From: a virus
Virus record (IMG/VR): IMGVR_UViG_3300000553_000012
Span: 1 to 64,000 of that record
Reading direction: 5' to 3' (one strand)
DNA length: 64,000 nt
Part shown: one piece after another, positions 37,831-47,813 of the stretch
Layout: each line of letters opens with the position of its first letter
Numbering within the stretch: the first letter of the stretch is position 1
Translations under genes and position numbers: made by a program
Notes under the pieces: generated by a model
Told to the model about the DNA's origin: nothing
What the model saw: only the letters and a program-made list of their open reading frames with translations
Databases searched by the model: none

Positions 37831-38937
37831 TTAGAGTTTAAATCCAGAAAAAGTGTTTTCTGTAACATCTTGTTTAATTCCTCCAGAAACATATGAAACA
37901 ATATCTACTTCTTGCGGAGCCATTTGAACATCTGCTCCAGCAATCCATTTGGCAGTCCATGGAAGAGGATTTGATCCTGGGCGCCCATTTAATCCTATAG
38001 AGCCCATACGTTTTGCTGCAATATAATCTACATATTCACAAAGTAGTTGTTCATTTAATCCGATTATTGAACCGCCTTTAAAAAGATATTTTGCCCATAT
38101 TTTTTCTTGATTAATGACAGAATAAAACATATTAATACATTCATCTTTAGTTTCTTCTTTAATTTTTGCAAAGTCAGAATCTTCCTTTGGCAAAATCTTT
38201 ATTAAATTTTGTGTTGCGGCTAAATGAATGTTTTCATCACGAGCAATCAATTTAATAATCTTAGCATTACCTTCCATCTTTTTGACTTCAGCAAATGACC
38301 ATGAACAAGCAAATGATGTATAAAATCTAACGCCTTCTAGTGCATTGACTGCATTGAGACACAACCATAATGCTCTTTTATGATTATAGTTTCCTCCATA
38401 TTCTAATCCTGCCGCATTATAAGAACTAGACAAATGTAAAAAATTATTTTGATGAATTAACTCATCATAATATTTGCTAATATCTTTAGCACAATCTACA
38501 ATTTCAGAAATATTAAGCATTTCATCAAAAACTTTAGATGGATCTGAATAAACATTTCGAATAATGTGTGTATAAGAACGTGAATGAATTGTTTCAAAAT
38601 ATGCCCAAGTTTGAATAAACGTTTCAAGTTCAGGAAGTGAACATATTGGTAAAAAAGCAAGACTTGGCGCCCTGCCTTGAACAGAATCAAGTAAAATTTG
38701 TCTTTTTAAATTTGAAGTAAAAATGTGTTTTTCATGATCAGAAAGACCTTTAAAATCTTTACCATCACGAGAACAATCTATTTCAGTAGGTTGCCAAAAA
38801 AATCCATTTTGCTTTTCAGTCAATTTTTCAAAAATAGGATATCGCTGCTTATCATAACGAGCAATATTGACTGATTTACCAAAAAAACAATTTTGTTCAG
38901 TAGCATCAAATATATTATTATTAAAAATTGTAGTCAT
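37831..38937 (-). CDS. nrdB: Ribonucleotide reductase class Ia beta subunit
   Basis: FFWQPTEI, QILLDSVQGR, ETIHSRSYTHI, LEGVRFY, IARDENIH. Confidence 0.97.
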   Translation of the reverse strand: MTTIFNNNIFDATEQNCFFGKSVNIARYDKQRYPIFEKLTEKQNGFFWQPTEIDCSRDGKDFKGLSDHEKHIFTSNLKRQILLDSVQGRAPSLAFLPICSLPELETFIQTWAYFETIHSRSYTHIIRNVYSDPSKVFDEMLNISEIVDCAKDISKYYDELIHQNNFLHLSSSYNAAGLEYGGNYNHKRALWLCLNAVNALEGVRFYTSFACSWSFAEVKKMEGNAKIIKLIARDENIHLAATQNLIKILPKEDSDFAKIKEETKDECINMFYSVINQEKIWAKYLFKGGSIIGLNEQLLCEYVDYIAAKRMGSIGLNGRPGSNPLPWTAKWIAGADVQMAPQEVDIVSYVSGGIKQDVTENTFSGFKL

Positions 38938-38938
38938 A

Positions 38939-39397
38939 TTATAATCTGATCTCCATTAGATAAGCATCTATAGAATTATTGTTATTGTCAATTCCATAAT
39001 GTTTATTGATATAATTAATTTTTTCAAATCCTAATTTCTTATACATATCAATAGCCATTTTATTTCGTGTATATACATGAAGATTACACGAAATTATGTT
39101 TTTTTGTTTAAGTATATCAATTATAAAATTCATTAAAGCTTTGGCATATCCTTTTTTACGAAAAGGTTGTCCTATAGCCAAACTATCTATATAGGCAGTA
39201 TTTTTTTTAGAATTAATTTTTATCAAAATATAACCGGTTATTTCAAAACCGACTGTATAAACATATATGTTTTTTTGTTTTAAGGCTATAAAAAGTGGTT
39301 TATTTCTATTTTCATTGCCAACATTAAAACTTTCTTTTTCGATTTTTATAATATCATATAAATCCAATGTGTCGCCAAGACGAATTAGATGTTCCAT
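38939..39397 (-). CDS. GNAT (RimI-like) acetyltransferase
   Basis: LAI---FRKKGYAK-LM, L-V---N--AI--YKKLGF; AAGGA RBS before ATG 39397. Confidence 0.88.
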   Translation of the reverse strand: MEHLIRLGDTLDLYDIIKIEKESFNVGNENRNKPLFIALKQKNIYVYTVGFEITGYILIKINSKKNTAYIDSLAIGQPFRKKGYAKALMNFIIDILKQKNIISCNLHVYTRNKMAIDMYKKLGFEKINYINKHYGIDNNNNSIDAYLMEIRL

Positions 39398-39438
39398 TGC
39401 TATGTCCTTTATTATAGATATAACAACTGAGGACAGCA

Positions 39439-41709
39439 TTAAATTTTACAGCTATCACAATCCTCTTCTTCAATTTTTGTTGATGGCAAATCTTTTATTT
39501 CAATTTCACCAGATTGATCATTGGTATTGAAATAATATAAATTTTTACCACCATATTTATAATACATCAAAATATGCCCAATCATTTCACTTAAAGGAAT
39601 TTTTTCTTCAGGATAAAATTTAGGATTGTATGAAGTATTTGTTGAGATTGCTTGATCGATATATTTTTGAAGTACCGCACAGATTTTTAAATAACCTTCT
39701 GGTGATTTAATATTCCAAAGAAGTTCATACTTGTTTTTAAGTCTACGAATTTGAGGAACTACTTGTTTTAAAACTCCATCTTTAGATTGTTTAACAGTAA
39801 TCAATGATCTTGGCGGCTCAATACCGTTTGTTGAATTAGATATTAAAGCTGAAGTTTCTGCTGGCATTACAGCCATTAATGTGGCGTTACGAATACCATA
39901 TTGTAATAATTGATTACGAAGTTCATTCCACGGTAATCGTTCTTTATGTTCTACTAAATCATCAACATCTTTTTTATAGGTATCAATGGGTAATAGACCA
40001 TTACAATATTTAACACAATCAGAAAATTGTAAAGCGCCTTTTTCTTGTGCTAAATCTGCGGAAGCTTTGATAAGATAATATGACCAAGCTTCCGCAAATT
40101 CATCTATAAGTTCTAAATTTGGTTGACTATACGTCATGTTATTAATAGCCATCCAGTAAGCAAGATTAATAATACCTATACCAAGAGGCCTATAAGCCAT
40201 ACTATGTTTATGCGCTGCTTTTATTGGATATTCTTGATAATCTAGTAAAGCATCAAGAGCCCTGACTGCTAGAGTACAGGGCTTTTCAAAATCTGATGGA
40301 TTTTTAATCTTACCCCAGTTGATTGCCGAAAGTGTACACAGGGCAATCATACCGTTTTCATCATTTACATCATTTAAAGGAATGGTCCCAAGACATATTT
40401 CTTGACAAAGATTACTCATACGAATAGGAGCTTTTTCTTTTACAAATGATCCATGATCATTTACATGGTCTACATTTTGAAGATAAATTCTTCCCGTATC
40501 TTTTCTTTCTTGAATAAAAAGCGAAAAAAGGTCTCTAGCTGGAATTGTCTTTTTACGAATTTTTGAAGATCGCTCGTAATTATAATAAAGGGTTCTAAAT
40601 TTTTCTGTATCAATAAAAAATGCTTCATATAAGTCTGGAACATCATGCGGCGAAAAAAGAGTGATATTTCCGTCATTAATAAGTCTTTCATAGATAACTT
40701 TATTAAATTGAACAGAATAATCCATATGTCTAATACGATTTTCTTCTGTACCTTTATTGTTTTTTAATACTAAAAGATCCTCGATTTCATAGTGCCAAAT
40801 TGGGTAGTGAAGTGTCGCCGCGCCGGAACGAATAGAGCCTTGACTACAGGACTTAACAGCAGACTGAAAATACTTATAAAAAGGTATAACTCCAGTATGA
40901 CTAGCATCACCATTGCGAATGGGACTGCCAATAGCCCTAATACGCCCAGCGCCAATACCGATACCAGCTTTTTTAGAAACATATTTAACAATTGCTGAAG
41001 CTGTTGCATTTATAGAATCCAAAGAATCGTCGGTTTCAATAAGTACGCAAGAGGAATATTGCCGCTGAGGAGTTCGAACTCCAGCCATAATTGGCGTCGG
41101 AAGGCTGATATCAAAGAGAGAAATTGCGTCATAGTAGTCCTTTACCCATTTAAGTCTATCTTGTTTATATGAAGAAAATAAAACCATTGAAATAAGCATA
41201 AAAGTCATTTGTGGCGTTTCATATAAAGCGCCAGTTACACGGTTTTTTACTAAATATTTGCCTCTAAACTGCTCCATAGCAGCATATGTAAAAAGATCAT
41301 CACGATCATGATTTATATAATCGTTTAATTCATTCCATTCTTCTTTTGAATATAGTGAATCAAGTTCCGAATCATAATATCCATATGATTTTACTTTTAA
41401 ATAGTGTTTTAATAAATCGATCGGCTCGTACTGCCCATATACTTCTTTGCGAATATGATAACTTATAAGTCTACCAGCTACATATTGATAGTTTGGGGTT
41501 TCTTCTGTGATTAATTCTGAAGCTGCTTTGATAATTGTTTCTTGAATATCCGATGTTTTGATTTTATCATAAAATTGAATATGAGACTTTAGTGCAATTT
41601 CAGAAACAGAAACATTTGATATTCCTTCACACGCCCAAGCAATTACTTTATGAAATTTTTCAATGTTTAAAAGCTCTTTTTGACCGTTTCTTTTAATAAC
41701 ACTAATCAT
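39439..41709 (-). CDS. nrdA: Ribonucleotide reductase class Ia alpha subunit
   Basis: ATP cone, PTPIMAG, SSCVL, SNLCQEI, MPAETS, C-terminal CxxC. Confidence 0.97.
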   Translation of the reverse strand: MISVIKRNGQKELLNIEKFHKVIAWACEGISNVSVSEIALKSHIQFYDKIKTSDIQETIIKAASELITEETPNYQYVAGRLISYHIRKEVYGQYEPIDLLKHYLKVKSYGYYDSELDSLYSKEEWNELNDYINHDRDDLFTYAAMEQFRGKYLVKNRVTGALYETPQMTFMLISMVLFSSYKQDRLKWVKDYYDAISLFDISLPTPIMAGVRTPQRQYSSCVLIETDDSLDSINATASAIVKYVSKKAGIGIGAGRIRAIGSPIRNGDASHTGVIPFYKYFQSAVKSCSQGSIRSGAATLHYPIWHYEIEDLLVLKNNKGTEENRIRHMDYSVQFNKVIYERLINDGNITLFSPHDVPDLYEAFFIDTEKFRTLYYNYERSSKIRKKTIPARDLFSLFIQERKDTGRIYLQNVDHVNDHGSFVKEKAPIRMSNLCQEICLGTIPLNDVNDENGMIALCTLSAINWGKIKNPSDFEKPCTLAVRALDALLDYQEYPIKAAHKHSMAYRPLGIGIINLAYWMAINNMTYSQPNLELIDEFAEAWSYYLIKASADLAQEKGALQFSDCVKYCNGLLPIDTYKKDVDDLVEHKERLPWNELRNQLLQYGIRNATLMAVMPAETSALISNSTNGIEPPRSLITVKQSKDGVLKQVVPQIRRLKNKYELLWNIKSPEGYLKICAVLQKYIDQAISTNTSYNPKFYPEEKIPLSEMIGHILMYYKYGGKNLYYFNTNDQSGEIEIKDLPSTKIEEEDCDSCKI

Positions 41710-41863
41710 ATATTTTCTCTTTTATTGTAAATGTACCGTCTTCATTATCAATCCATTCTATTTCCGTGCCTTCATTCCAACCAAGAGATTCAATAATATC
41801 ATTTGGTATTTCTATATATGCCAGGCCTGTCGCAGGATCTTCTTGTATTACCAGTTCAAGCAT
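41702..41863 (-). CDS. Small AbrB/MazE-like DNA-binding protein
   Basis: MLELVIQEDPATGLAYIEIPNDIIESLGWNEGTEIEW...; not in ORF track. Confidence 0.7.
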   Translation of the reverse strand: MLELVIQEDPATGLAYIEIPNDIIESLGWNEGTEIEWIDNEDGTFTIKEKIYD

Positions 41864-42030
41864 TAAGAAATTCTGCCAAGTCTATGATATAGTTTTGTCA
41901 TAGCCGCAAGCTTTTCAAATTCTACATCATTTTCTCTATTTTTTCTATCTTGAATATAAGATATAATTGCTTCTTTTATAAGAGAATAATCATTTTGACT
42001 AAACACTGCTCTGGGTCTTTCATCATTCAT
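41863..42030 (-). CDS. Small hypothetical protein
   Basis: MNDERPRAVFS...LYHRLGRIS*, coupled (TAATG) to the next gene; not in ORF track. Confidence 0.6.
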   Translation of the reverse strand: MNDERPRAVFSQNDYSLIKEAIISYIQDRKNRENDVEFEKLAAMTKLYHRLGRIS

Positions 42031-42034
42031 TTTT

Positions 42035-42694
42035 TTATTCGTCCTTTAAAGCTTCAACTACACTAGGAAAATGATGACCAATAATGTCCCAACATAATAA
42101 AGCAATTTCTCTATGCTCTTTTTGTGTGGCTTTATCCATTCTTAATGTACAATAATGAATCCAGCTTCTAAGAGTACCAGCCATATATAATGTAGTCTCA
42201 GTCATTCCTTCAGGTAAAACTACTCTTGCTTGTTCTTTTGCAATGCCATTTTCTAAAGCCCATTTATATTGTGTGATTGCTTCAGATTTTACTTTATTTT
42301 GACGCATATTCCATGTTTCTTGAAGTCTATGATCATCATTTTCAATAGAATTTTGACGATTCTTTAAATCTTGTAATCGAGCTTCTCGTGTAATAAAGTT
42401 TTCTGATATAGCATATCTTTGGCTAAATTCTTGAAATGAAAATGACCTATGACGAAGAATTTGTCTAGAAATATCTCTAGTCGTTTTAATTTCCATTACG
42501 ATGTGTACTAGTTCAAATGGCGACCAGTGCTCATTGTTAATAAGATATTTGACTAACTTATTTGCGGTCTTAGTATTATTTTGATTACTAGGATTTGATA
42601 CTCTAGCTGCATATGCGACAAGATCATTTGCAGTCAAACAATCTGAATATGCTGTGGGTTTAGTAATTCCAATGAGATTGACTTTTGAATTCAT
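42035..42694 (-). CDS. thyX: Flavin-dependent thymidylate synthase
   Basis: ARVSNP, HWSPFE, RHRSFSFQEFSQRY signature. Confidence 0.97.
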   Translation of the reverse strand: MNSKVNLIGITKPTAYSDCLTANDLVAYAARVSNPSNQNNTKTANKLVKYLINNEHWSPFELVHIVMEIKTTRDISRQILRHRSFSFQEFSQRYAISENFITREARLQDLKNRQNSIENDDHRLQETWNMRQNKVKSEAITQYKWALENGIAKEQARVVLPEGMTETTLYMAGTLRSWIHYCTLRMDKATQKEHREIALLCWDIIGHHFPSVVEALKDE

Positions 42695-42888
42695 TCTTGA
42701 TTAACACTTTCAAATCGTGTATTAATATCAAAAACATAATCACAACTTTCTAGAAAAGTTTTAAAATGATATAATAGATTATCAACAGTAGCATCTACGG
42801 TATCGATATTATAACTTGTATGTTTTGTTGCAGCACCTTCATAATCTGCATTATCATCATCATACATCGAAAAACTAAAACGTCTCAT
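42691..42888 (-). CDS. Small hypothetical protein
   Basis: Overlapping start/stop within operon. Confidence 0.6.
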   Translation of the reverse strand: MRRFSFSMYDDDNADYEGAATKHTSYNIDTVDATVDNLLYHFKTFLESCDYVFDINTRFESVNQE

Positions 42889-43076
42889 TTAAATCTCCAT
42901 TTTGAAAAATATTTGATAAACTCTTGAATAAAAATTTTAATTACTATTAATGGCCATATAATTGATAATACTGGATGAATAATATCAGTAGTATCTCCAT
43001 GCATCCATTTTGCAAGATACACTATAAATATACATATAACTACATATATATAAACAAATAAACCAAAATCCATCAT
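42885..43076 (-). CDS. Small membrane protein
   Basis: Two hydrophobic segments, SIIWP motif. Confidence 0.55.
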   Translation of the reverse strand: MMDFGLFVYIYVVICIFIVYLAKWMHGDTTDIIHPVLSIIWPLIVIKIFIQEFIKYFSKWRFK

Positions 43077-44089
43077 CAGCACTTTCTCCACTTATTGAAT
43101 TCAAGCTTGGCTGACAAACCATTAAATGTTCTTTGATCAATAATATATTTAATATGTTCGATGTCAGCGCCATTGAGGATCATTTCATTAACATCTTTGC
43201 CTTTAAAGGTATTATCCCATATTACAACATTATAACCCTTTTCAATATAATTGTCAATTCGTTTGACTATTTCTTTATTTCTAGGTTCATTATCAAAAAC
43301 ATATACAGGATCGATAAAAGAATTGTCTAAATGTACATCTGCACCAGCCATTGCTATAGAATTATTAATAAACATACTATCAAATGGGCCTTCAAATACA
43401 TAGACTCTTTCTTTTTTATTTACAGAATCTAGACCAAAGATTTTAGGCCTATCTTCAAGCATAATAGTTATATATCTCATTTTGGATTTAGGATCAAGAG
43501 ATCGCCCCTGATATCCAAACATAGTTCCATCTTCTCTGAGAAATGGTATAATAATTCTAGAATGTTCATTATTGAGTTGTAACTTTTCTGGAATCATACT
43601 ATTAGTCCAAGCAGCAAATCTTTCACAAAAGAAAAGCTTGGCATGCCATGGAGTATCAATTTTTCTCGATACGATATATTGCTTTGCCGGATGATATGAT
43701 GGTAGTTGAGAAATCTTTTTTAATTTACGTAATGGAGAACCAGCAGCTAAAAATTTTGGTGGAGATGGATTAATAATACTCTTTTTTGTTTCTATAACAG
43801 TTTCTTTATTAATAAACGTTTCAACTGTATATTCTTCATATAATGATGGATCTAATTTTTGAATAAATTTAGGAAATGTACAAGCAATACCACAATTGTG
43901 GCACTTATAATACACATTTCCTTTATTTTGATAAATATAACCTCGGGCTTTAAATTTATTTTTTTCAGAATCACCACAAATTGGACATCTGAAATTAGCC
44001 ATATAGGGATTTGTTTTTTTAATTTTGTAAAGATTTAATCGACTAGAAAGTATTCCAGCATATTTAATATCTATCCACACATTATTCAT
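43076..44089 (-). CDS. gp61: DNA primase gp61
   Basis: FRCPICGDS...CHNC zinc finger; GYQGRSL; EGPFDS; KDVNEM. Confidence 0.95.
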   Translation of the reverse strand: MNNVWIDIKYAGILSSRLNLYKIKKTNPYMANFRCPICGDSEKNKFKARGYIYQNKGNVYYKCHNCGIACTFPKFIQKLDPSLYEEYTVETFINKETVIETKKSIINPSPPKFLAAGSPLRKLKKISQLPSYHPAKQYIVSRKIDTPWHAKLFFCERFAAWTNSMIPEKLQLNNEHSRIIIPFLREDGTMFGYQGRSLDPKSKMRYITIMLEDRPKIFGLDSVNKKERVYVFEGPFDSMFINNSIAMAGADVHLDNSFIDPVYVFDNEPRNKEIVKRIDNYIEKGYNVVIWDNTFKGKDVNEMILNGADIEHIKYIIDQRTFNGLSAKLEFNKWRKC

Positions 44090-44122
44090 CTAGTATACCT
44101 TTATTATTGAGTCAGTATACTC

Positions 44123-44150
44123 ATTATAACTAATATCAATTTAATGTAAA
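44123..44150 (-). promoter_or_regulatory. Early/middle-type promoter TTTACA-N16-TATAAT
   Basis: Upstream of primase operon. Confidence 0.55.
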
Positions 44151-44157
44151 TGGGTAT

Positions 44158-44514
44158 TTAATTTAAAAATGGCGGAATCCACGGAATTATTCCCATTTTA
44201 AAAAGAATAAATGCTATAAGCACTCCAATAATTAAAAATCCCATTTTATGTCGTGCTAAAGAATCTCTAATCAATATCATATCATCATGATGTTTTTTAT
44301 TTTCATCTTTAATTTCTTTTAATACATTATAAATATCAGATGTTATGTCATCTTGTTTAGTAAGTTTTACTTCATGAACAGCAAGTAATTCTTTGATAGA
44401 AGACGAAACGTCTGATAATTTATCCATAGTCGTGTCTAATTTTGTAAAAAAACCAGACATTTGATCGATATCACGCTCAAGTATTGCTACTCGTGTTTCT
44501 ATTTCCCCTGCCAT
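44158..44514 (-). CDS. Coiled-coil protein with C-terminal TM helix (possible holin)
   Basis: RVAILE...KLD----KL...LLAVHE plus TM; adjacent to spanins. Confidence 0.6.
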   Translation of the reverse strand: MAGEIETRVAILERDIDQMSGFFTKLDTTMDKLSDVSSSIKELLAVHEVKLTKQDDITSDIYNVLKEIKDENKKHHDDMILIRDSLARHKMGFLIIGVLIAFILFKMGIIPWIPPFLN

Positions 44515-44522
44515 TTTTTCCT

Positions 44523-44789
44523 CTATTTACAAAACTTATTGATCCAAGCAATCACGCCATTATGATCGATGTTTAAATCATTATAAGATTTGATATCAAC
44601 AATCCATTGATCTAATATTTGTTTTTCAGTCATACTTCCATTTGGAAGTGGCTTTAGATCATTATGTTTGATCATGTATTCTTGCGGAGGAACACATGTT
44701 TTAGTTGTTACCGGTGGAGGCGCGTAAATTGTTGAGCACCCGAGTAACATCGGGGCCAACATCACAGCTAGAATTATCTTTAACTTCAT
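44523..44789 (-). CDS. o-spanin (Rz1-like lipoprotein)
   Basis: Lipobox LLG-C, Pro-rich linker, overlaps the 3' end of the i-spanin. Confidence 0.8.
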   Translation of the reverse strand: MKLKIILAVMLAPMLLGCSTIYAPPPVTTKTCVPPQEYMIKHNDLKPLPNGSMTEKQILDQWIVDIKSYNDLNIDHNGVIAWINKFCK

Positions 44790-45093
44790 TTGTAACTACC
44801 GTTGTTGCAACGTCAGCGGCATGCTGAACATTTTGTTTCTTTTTATTTATTACAACGACAGTTGGAACCGCTGCATTAATTTGATCCTGAAGATTCTTTT
44901 CTTTGATTATTTCTGCATCCAGTTGGCTCTGGATTGCGGCCTGGTGACATTTGTTAGATGCATTGGTATAACCTAAGTGATAGATGAAGAATCCCACAGA
45001 AAGGGCTCCAGCAAGCACCACACCCATGCCTATTAACTGACCGACAAAAGACTTGAAGACCAATCCAAGAATAAAATCAAATATCTTATCCAA
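44701..45093 (-). CDS. i-spanin (Rz-like)
   Basis: N-terminal TM, periplasmic coiled coil, late Cys. Confidence 0.8.
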   Translation of the reverse strand: MDKIFDFILGLVFKSFVGQLIGMGVVLAGALSVGFFIYHLGYTNASNKCHQAAIQSQLDAEIIKEKNLQDQINAAVPTVVVINKKKQNVQHAADVATTVVTNEVKDNSSCDVGPDVTRVLNNLRASTGNN

Positions 45094-45460
45094 GATTAAC
45101 TCCAGTCACCATTTTTCTTAAAGCATTAATATTGTCTTCAACACCTTTTTGATTTTCTTTTTTATATTTTGTTTTAAAAACTGGAGGATTATCTATACTG
45201 GGTTTAATTCCAGCCGTGCTATTTGTTGGAGCTCCAGAAGACATACCTGCGCCAGGCGCTCCAGCTGCCGGCGCCGCGCCATCTTCCTGAAGTCCGGCAT
45301 GTTTAAGTGCAGACTTCTTAAAATCTGCACCAAAAAACTTTAATTTTTTCCCATTAGATGCTTTCCAGCCTTGGTCACCATTTGGAGTAGTATATGGTTT
45401 TACGTAAGGTTTGCCTTGTACTTCTGTAATATAATTTTGAATTTCCTTAAACGTTTTCAT
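45086..45460 (-). CDS. Putative internal head protein
   Basis: Starts MKTFKEIQNYITE (capsid-targeting-like); L-E-D...APTNS motif. Confidence 0.65.
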   Translation of the reverse strand: MKTFKEIQNYITEVQGKPYVKPYTTPNGDQGWKASNGKKLKFFGADFKKSALKHAGLQEDGAAPAAGAPGAGMSSGAPTNSTAGIKPSIDNPPVFKTKYKKENQKGVEDNINALRKMVTGVNLG

Positions 45461-45858
45461 CAGCAATGCCACCGGCGTAAAGACATCGCTTTGCGCGTTG
45501 GTCTACCCTTTTCATCTTTCATTGGGCCTGGCATACCACCCATTCTAGCACAAAATGATTTTCTACGTTTAGCTGCTTTACTGCCGGGTTTTAGTTTACT
45601 TGGAGGAGTAGTGACTGCCGTATGTATGCCAAAGTGTTTAGCACCTTTACGAGTAAGTCCAGCACCAGATTCAGTAGAACGATAGTATCCTTTAGAGTCT
45701 GCACCACGTTCAAGCAGAGCATCTTCTTTGACTGGTACACAATTCGGAACTTCTTTACCGTCTTTCTTTTTCTTACCAATCATTTTATACCCTTTCCAGC
45801 ATGGATCGGGCTCTTTCATTTTTTTGTTTTCATTTATAAAAGAAGAAAATCGTTTCAT
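45460..45858 (-). CDS. Putative internal head protein (DUF6321-like)
   Basis: MKRFSSFINE; CWKGY...VPNCVP; RRKSFCARM-GM-GPMKDEKGRPTRKA-SLR-W-C. Confidence 0.75.
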   Translation of the reverse strand: MKRFSSFINENKKMKEPDPCWKGYKMIGKKKKDGKEVPNCVPVKEDALLERGADSKGYYRSTESGAGLTRKGAKHFGIHTAVTTPPSKLKPGSKAAKRRKSFCARMGGMPGPMKDEKGRPTRKAMSLRRWHC

Positions 45859-46115
45859 TATGACATTTCTGCTGCAATATAATTTGCTACAGTATCAATA
45901 TAATCTTGAGCCATTGTGATTTTTGCATGACACCATTCAGGTAATTCATCATCTGATTTAATCATACCAAGAATTTTTTCAGAATTCATAACAGTACTTT
46001 TTAGATAATTGATTGTCATATGTGTATCATGATCTGCTTTGACTTCTTCTTTCACACACTTGCAAGGAGAAGCATTGCATTCTGTACATTTTCTCATTTC
46101 TTTGAATTTTTTCAT
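45858..46115 (-). CDS. Putative internal head protein
   Basis: MKKFKE; LPEW---KIT-A-DYI-TV--Y motif. Confidence 0.7.
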   Translation of the reverse strand: MKKFKEMRKCTECNASPCKCVKEEVKADHDTHMTINYLKSTVMNSEKILGMIKSDDELPEWCHAKITMAQDYIDTVANYIAAEMS

Positions 46116-46116
46116 T

Positions 46117-46509
46117 TTAGATTTTCCTCAGTTTTTCTAATATATTCTCATCGGAGATAATATCTTTACTATTTATATTTTCACCTGTTAATCCTATATT
46201 TAATACCTTATCTGGCATAAAATGAAGAAATTCTAAAAAAGGTTTTAGATATTCTTTATATTCATATAACTTAAAAAATAACATTCTTGTCGCTGGAATT
46301 AATCCAAATATATTATAAATTATTATAATATGATTGAGTATAAGTCGATCTTTTAAATCACCGGTTTCTGCATATATGTTAAATAATCGTTTTAAATATT
46401 TAAATCGTTTGAGATCATCATAAAACTCGATGGTGTCATAACATTGTGGATTTTCATAATGTTTTGCTGAATATAATAAAAAATTAGTTTCATCAAGCTT
46501 TTCATACAT
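46117..46509 (-). CDS. Conserved T4-like hypothetical protein
   Basis: L---NFLLY--KHY-NPQC----EF--DLKRFKY-KRL...RLILNHII--YN-FG. Confidence 0.8.
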   Translation of the reverse strand: MYEKLDETNFLLYSAKHYENPQCYDTIEFYDDLKRFKYLKRLFNIYAETGDLKDRLILNHIIIIYNIFGLIPATRMLFFKLYEYKEYLKPFLEFLHFMPDKVLNIGLTGENINSKDIISDENILEKLRKI

Positions 46510-46521
46510 TATAAAATAATA

Positions 46522-47790
46522 TTAAGAACCTATCGCCATCCAAAATACGTAATTATTTGTAGCAGAAGTTGTTCTGATAGTAAAAGTGGAGTTATTTACT
46601 GCAAATATATACGGAACATTGGCGGCCGCCGCTCCTGGTGTACTATTACTGGTAGCTGTTATACTATAAACATTTACAGAAAAAAGTGTAGTATTTGGAA
46701 AATTGATGGCGGCAGTAGATGAATTTGCGTTTGCCTGTCCCCACTGCATCTTTAGTCCATTTGACATCGTACTCCAACCATTTTGTGAAATAGATGATGA
46801 ACCTATAGAAATCGTTGTACTATTAATTACAACATTAGAAGTTGAATTGCCTATACTTAAATTAGAGGCACTTAATACAGCAGAAGTATTTGTGGTTGTA
46901 TTATATAATCCTTCAACAGTTGAATTTCCAAAACCATAAACAGTTGAATTTCCAACATTAGCCGAAGATGAAGTAATAATATATACACTTATATTACCAC
47001 TACTATTTGCGGTAACTAAAGCTTCTGCTGTTGAATTTCCAAAACCATAACTAGTTGAATTTCCACTGTAAAAATGAGTTGAATTAGAAAAAGTATTTAC
47101 TGTAGAATTTCCAACCGAGTATTGAATAGAATTTGCTGTAAACTTGGATCCAGCAGCCGAAGTATTACCGACTGTAAATGTGGCTGTGCTTGTCACATTA
47201 CCAATATTGACATTACCACCAGCATCTATACGCATTCTTTCATTTGTAGAAAGAGAGCCACCTGTAAAAAAATTAATATAATTGGTTCCGCCACCAACAG
47301 AAGCAACCCCGATAGAAAGATTTGTGTTGCCAGAATACAAATAAGCATCTGAAGGGTTACTTATGGTCCATAGTGTATTAGACCACCCAGAAGATAATAT
47401 TCCGATATCTACATAGTTATTTCCTATTGGGCCATTATTATCATAAACAGCAAAATCAGCGGAAGCAGAAGATTGATTGTTTGAATTCCAAATGATACCT
47501 TGAATATAATTGTTTTGATTCCCTACAAATTCAACAAGTGATAAATCTGTAGAATTCCAACCAATGACTGTATTGACTGTAGAATTGCCAACAGTTAATG
47601 TATTACTTACGGCTAAATTGCCTTGAAAAGTTGGAGAAGTATTATTAAAGACTCCAGCAAGTAAAGTACTCGGATTTATGGAAAAGGTATTAAGAGTAGT
47701 TCCAGTATTTTGAACAATTACTAAGAGGTCAGCATTTGAAAATGATGAAGTAAGCGTTAAATTGCTTATTTTAATTGGACCGTTGGACAT
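46522..47790 (-). CDS. Fibre-like structural protein
   Basis: ERMRI-A-GNV-IG, GNST repeats, C-terminal NGW--M-NGLKMQWG...WMAIG domain. Confidence 0.7.
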   Translation of the reverse strand: MSNGPIKISNLTLTSSFSNADLLVIVQNTGTTLNTFSINPSTLLAGVFNNTSPTFQGNLAVSNTLTVGNSTVNTVIGWNSTDLSLVEFVGNQNNYIQGIIWNSNNQSSASADFAVYDNNGPIGNNYVDIGILSSGWSNTLWTISNPSDAYLYSGNTNLSIGVASVGGGTNYINFFTGGSLSTNERMRIDAGGNVNIGNVTSTATFTVGNTSAAGSKFTANSIQYSVGNSTVNTFSNSTHFYSGNSTSYGFGNSTAEALVTANSSGNISVYIITSSSANVGNSTVYGFGNSTVEGLYNTTTNTSAVLSASNLSIGNSTSNVVINSTTISIGSSSISQNGWSTMSNGLKMQWGQANANSSTAAINFPNTTLFSVNVYSITATSNSTPGAAAANVPYIFAVNNSTFTIRTTSATNNYVFWMAIGS

Positions 47791-47813
47791 ACTGACCTCT
47801 TAGTATTATAATA

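Noticed and set aside
37831-41709. Introns or inteins in nrdA/nrdB
   Set aside because: Both ORFs are continuous and of normal class Ia length.
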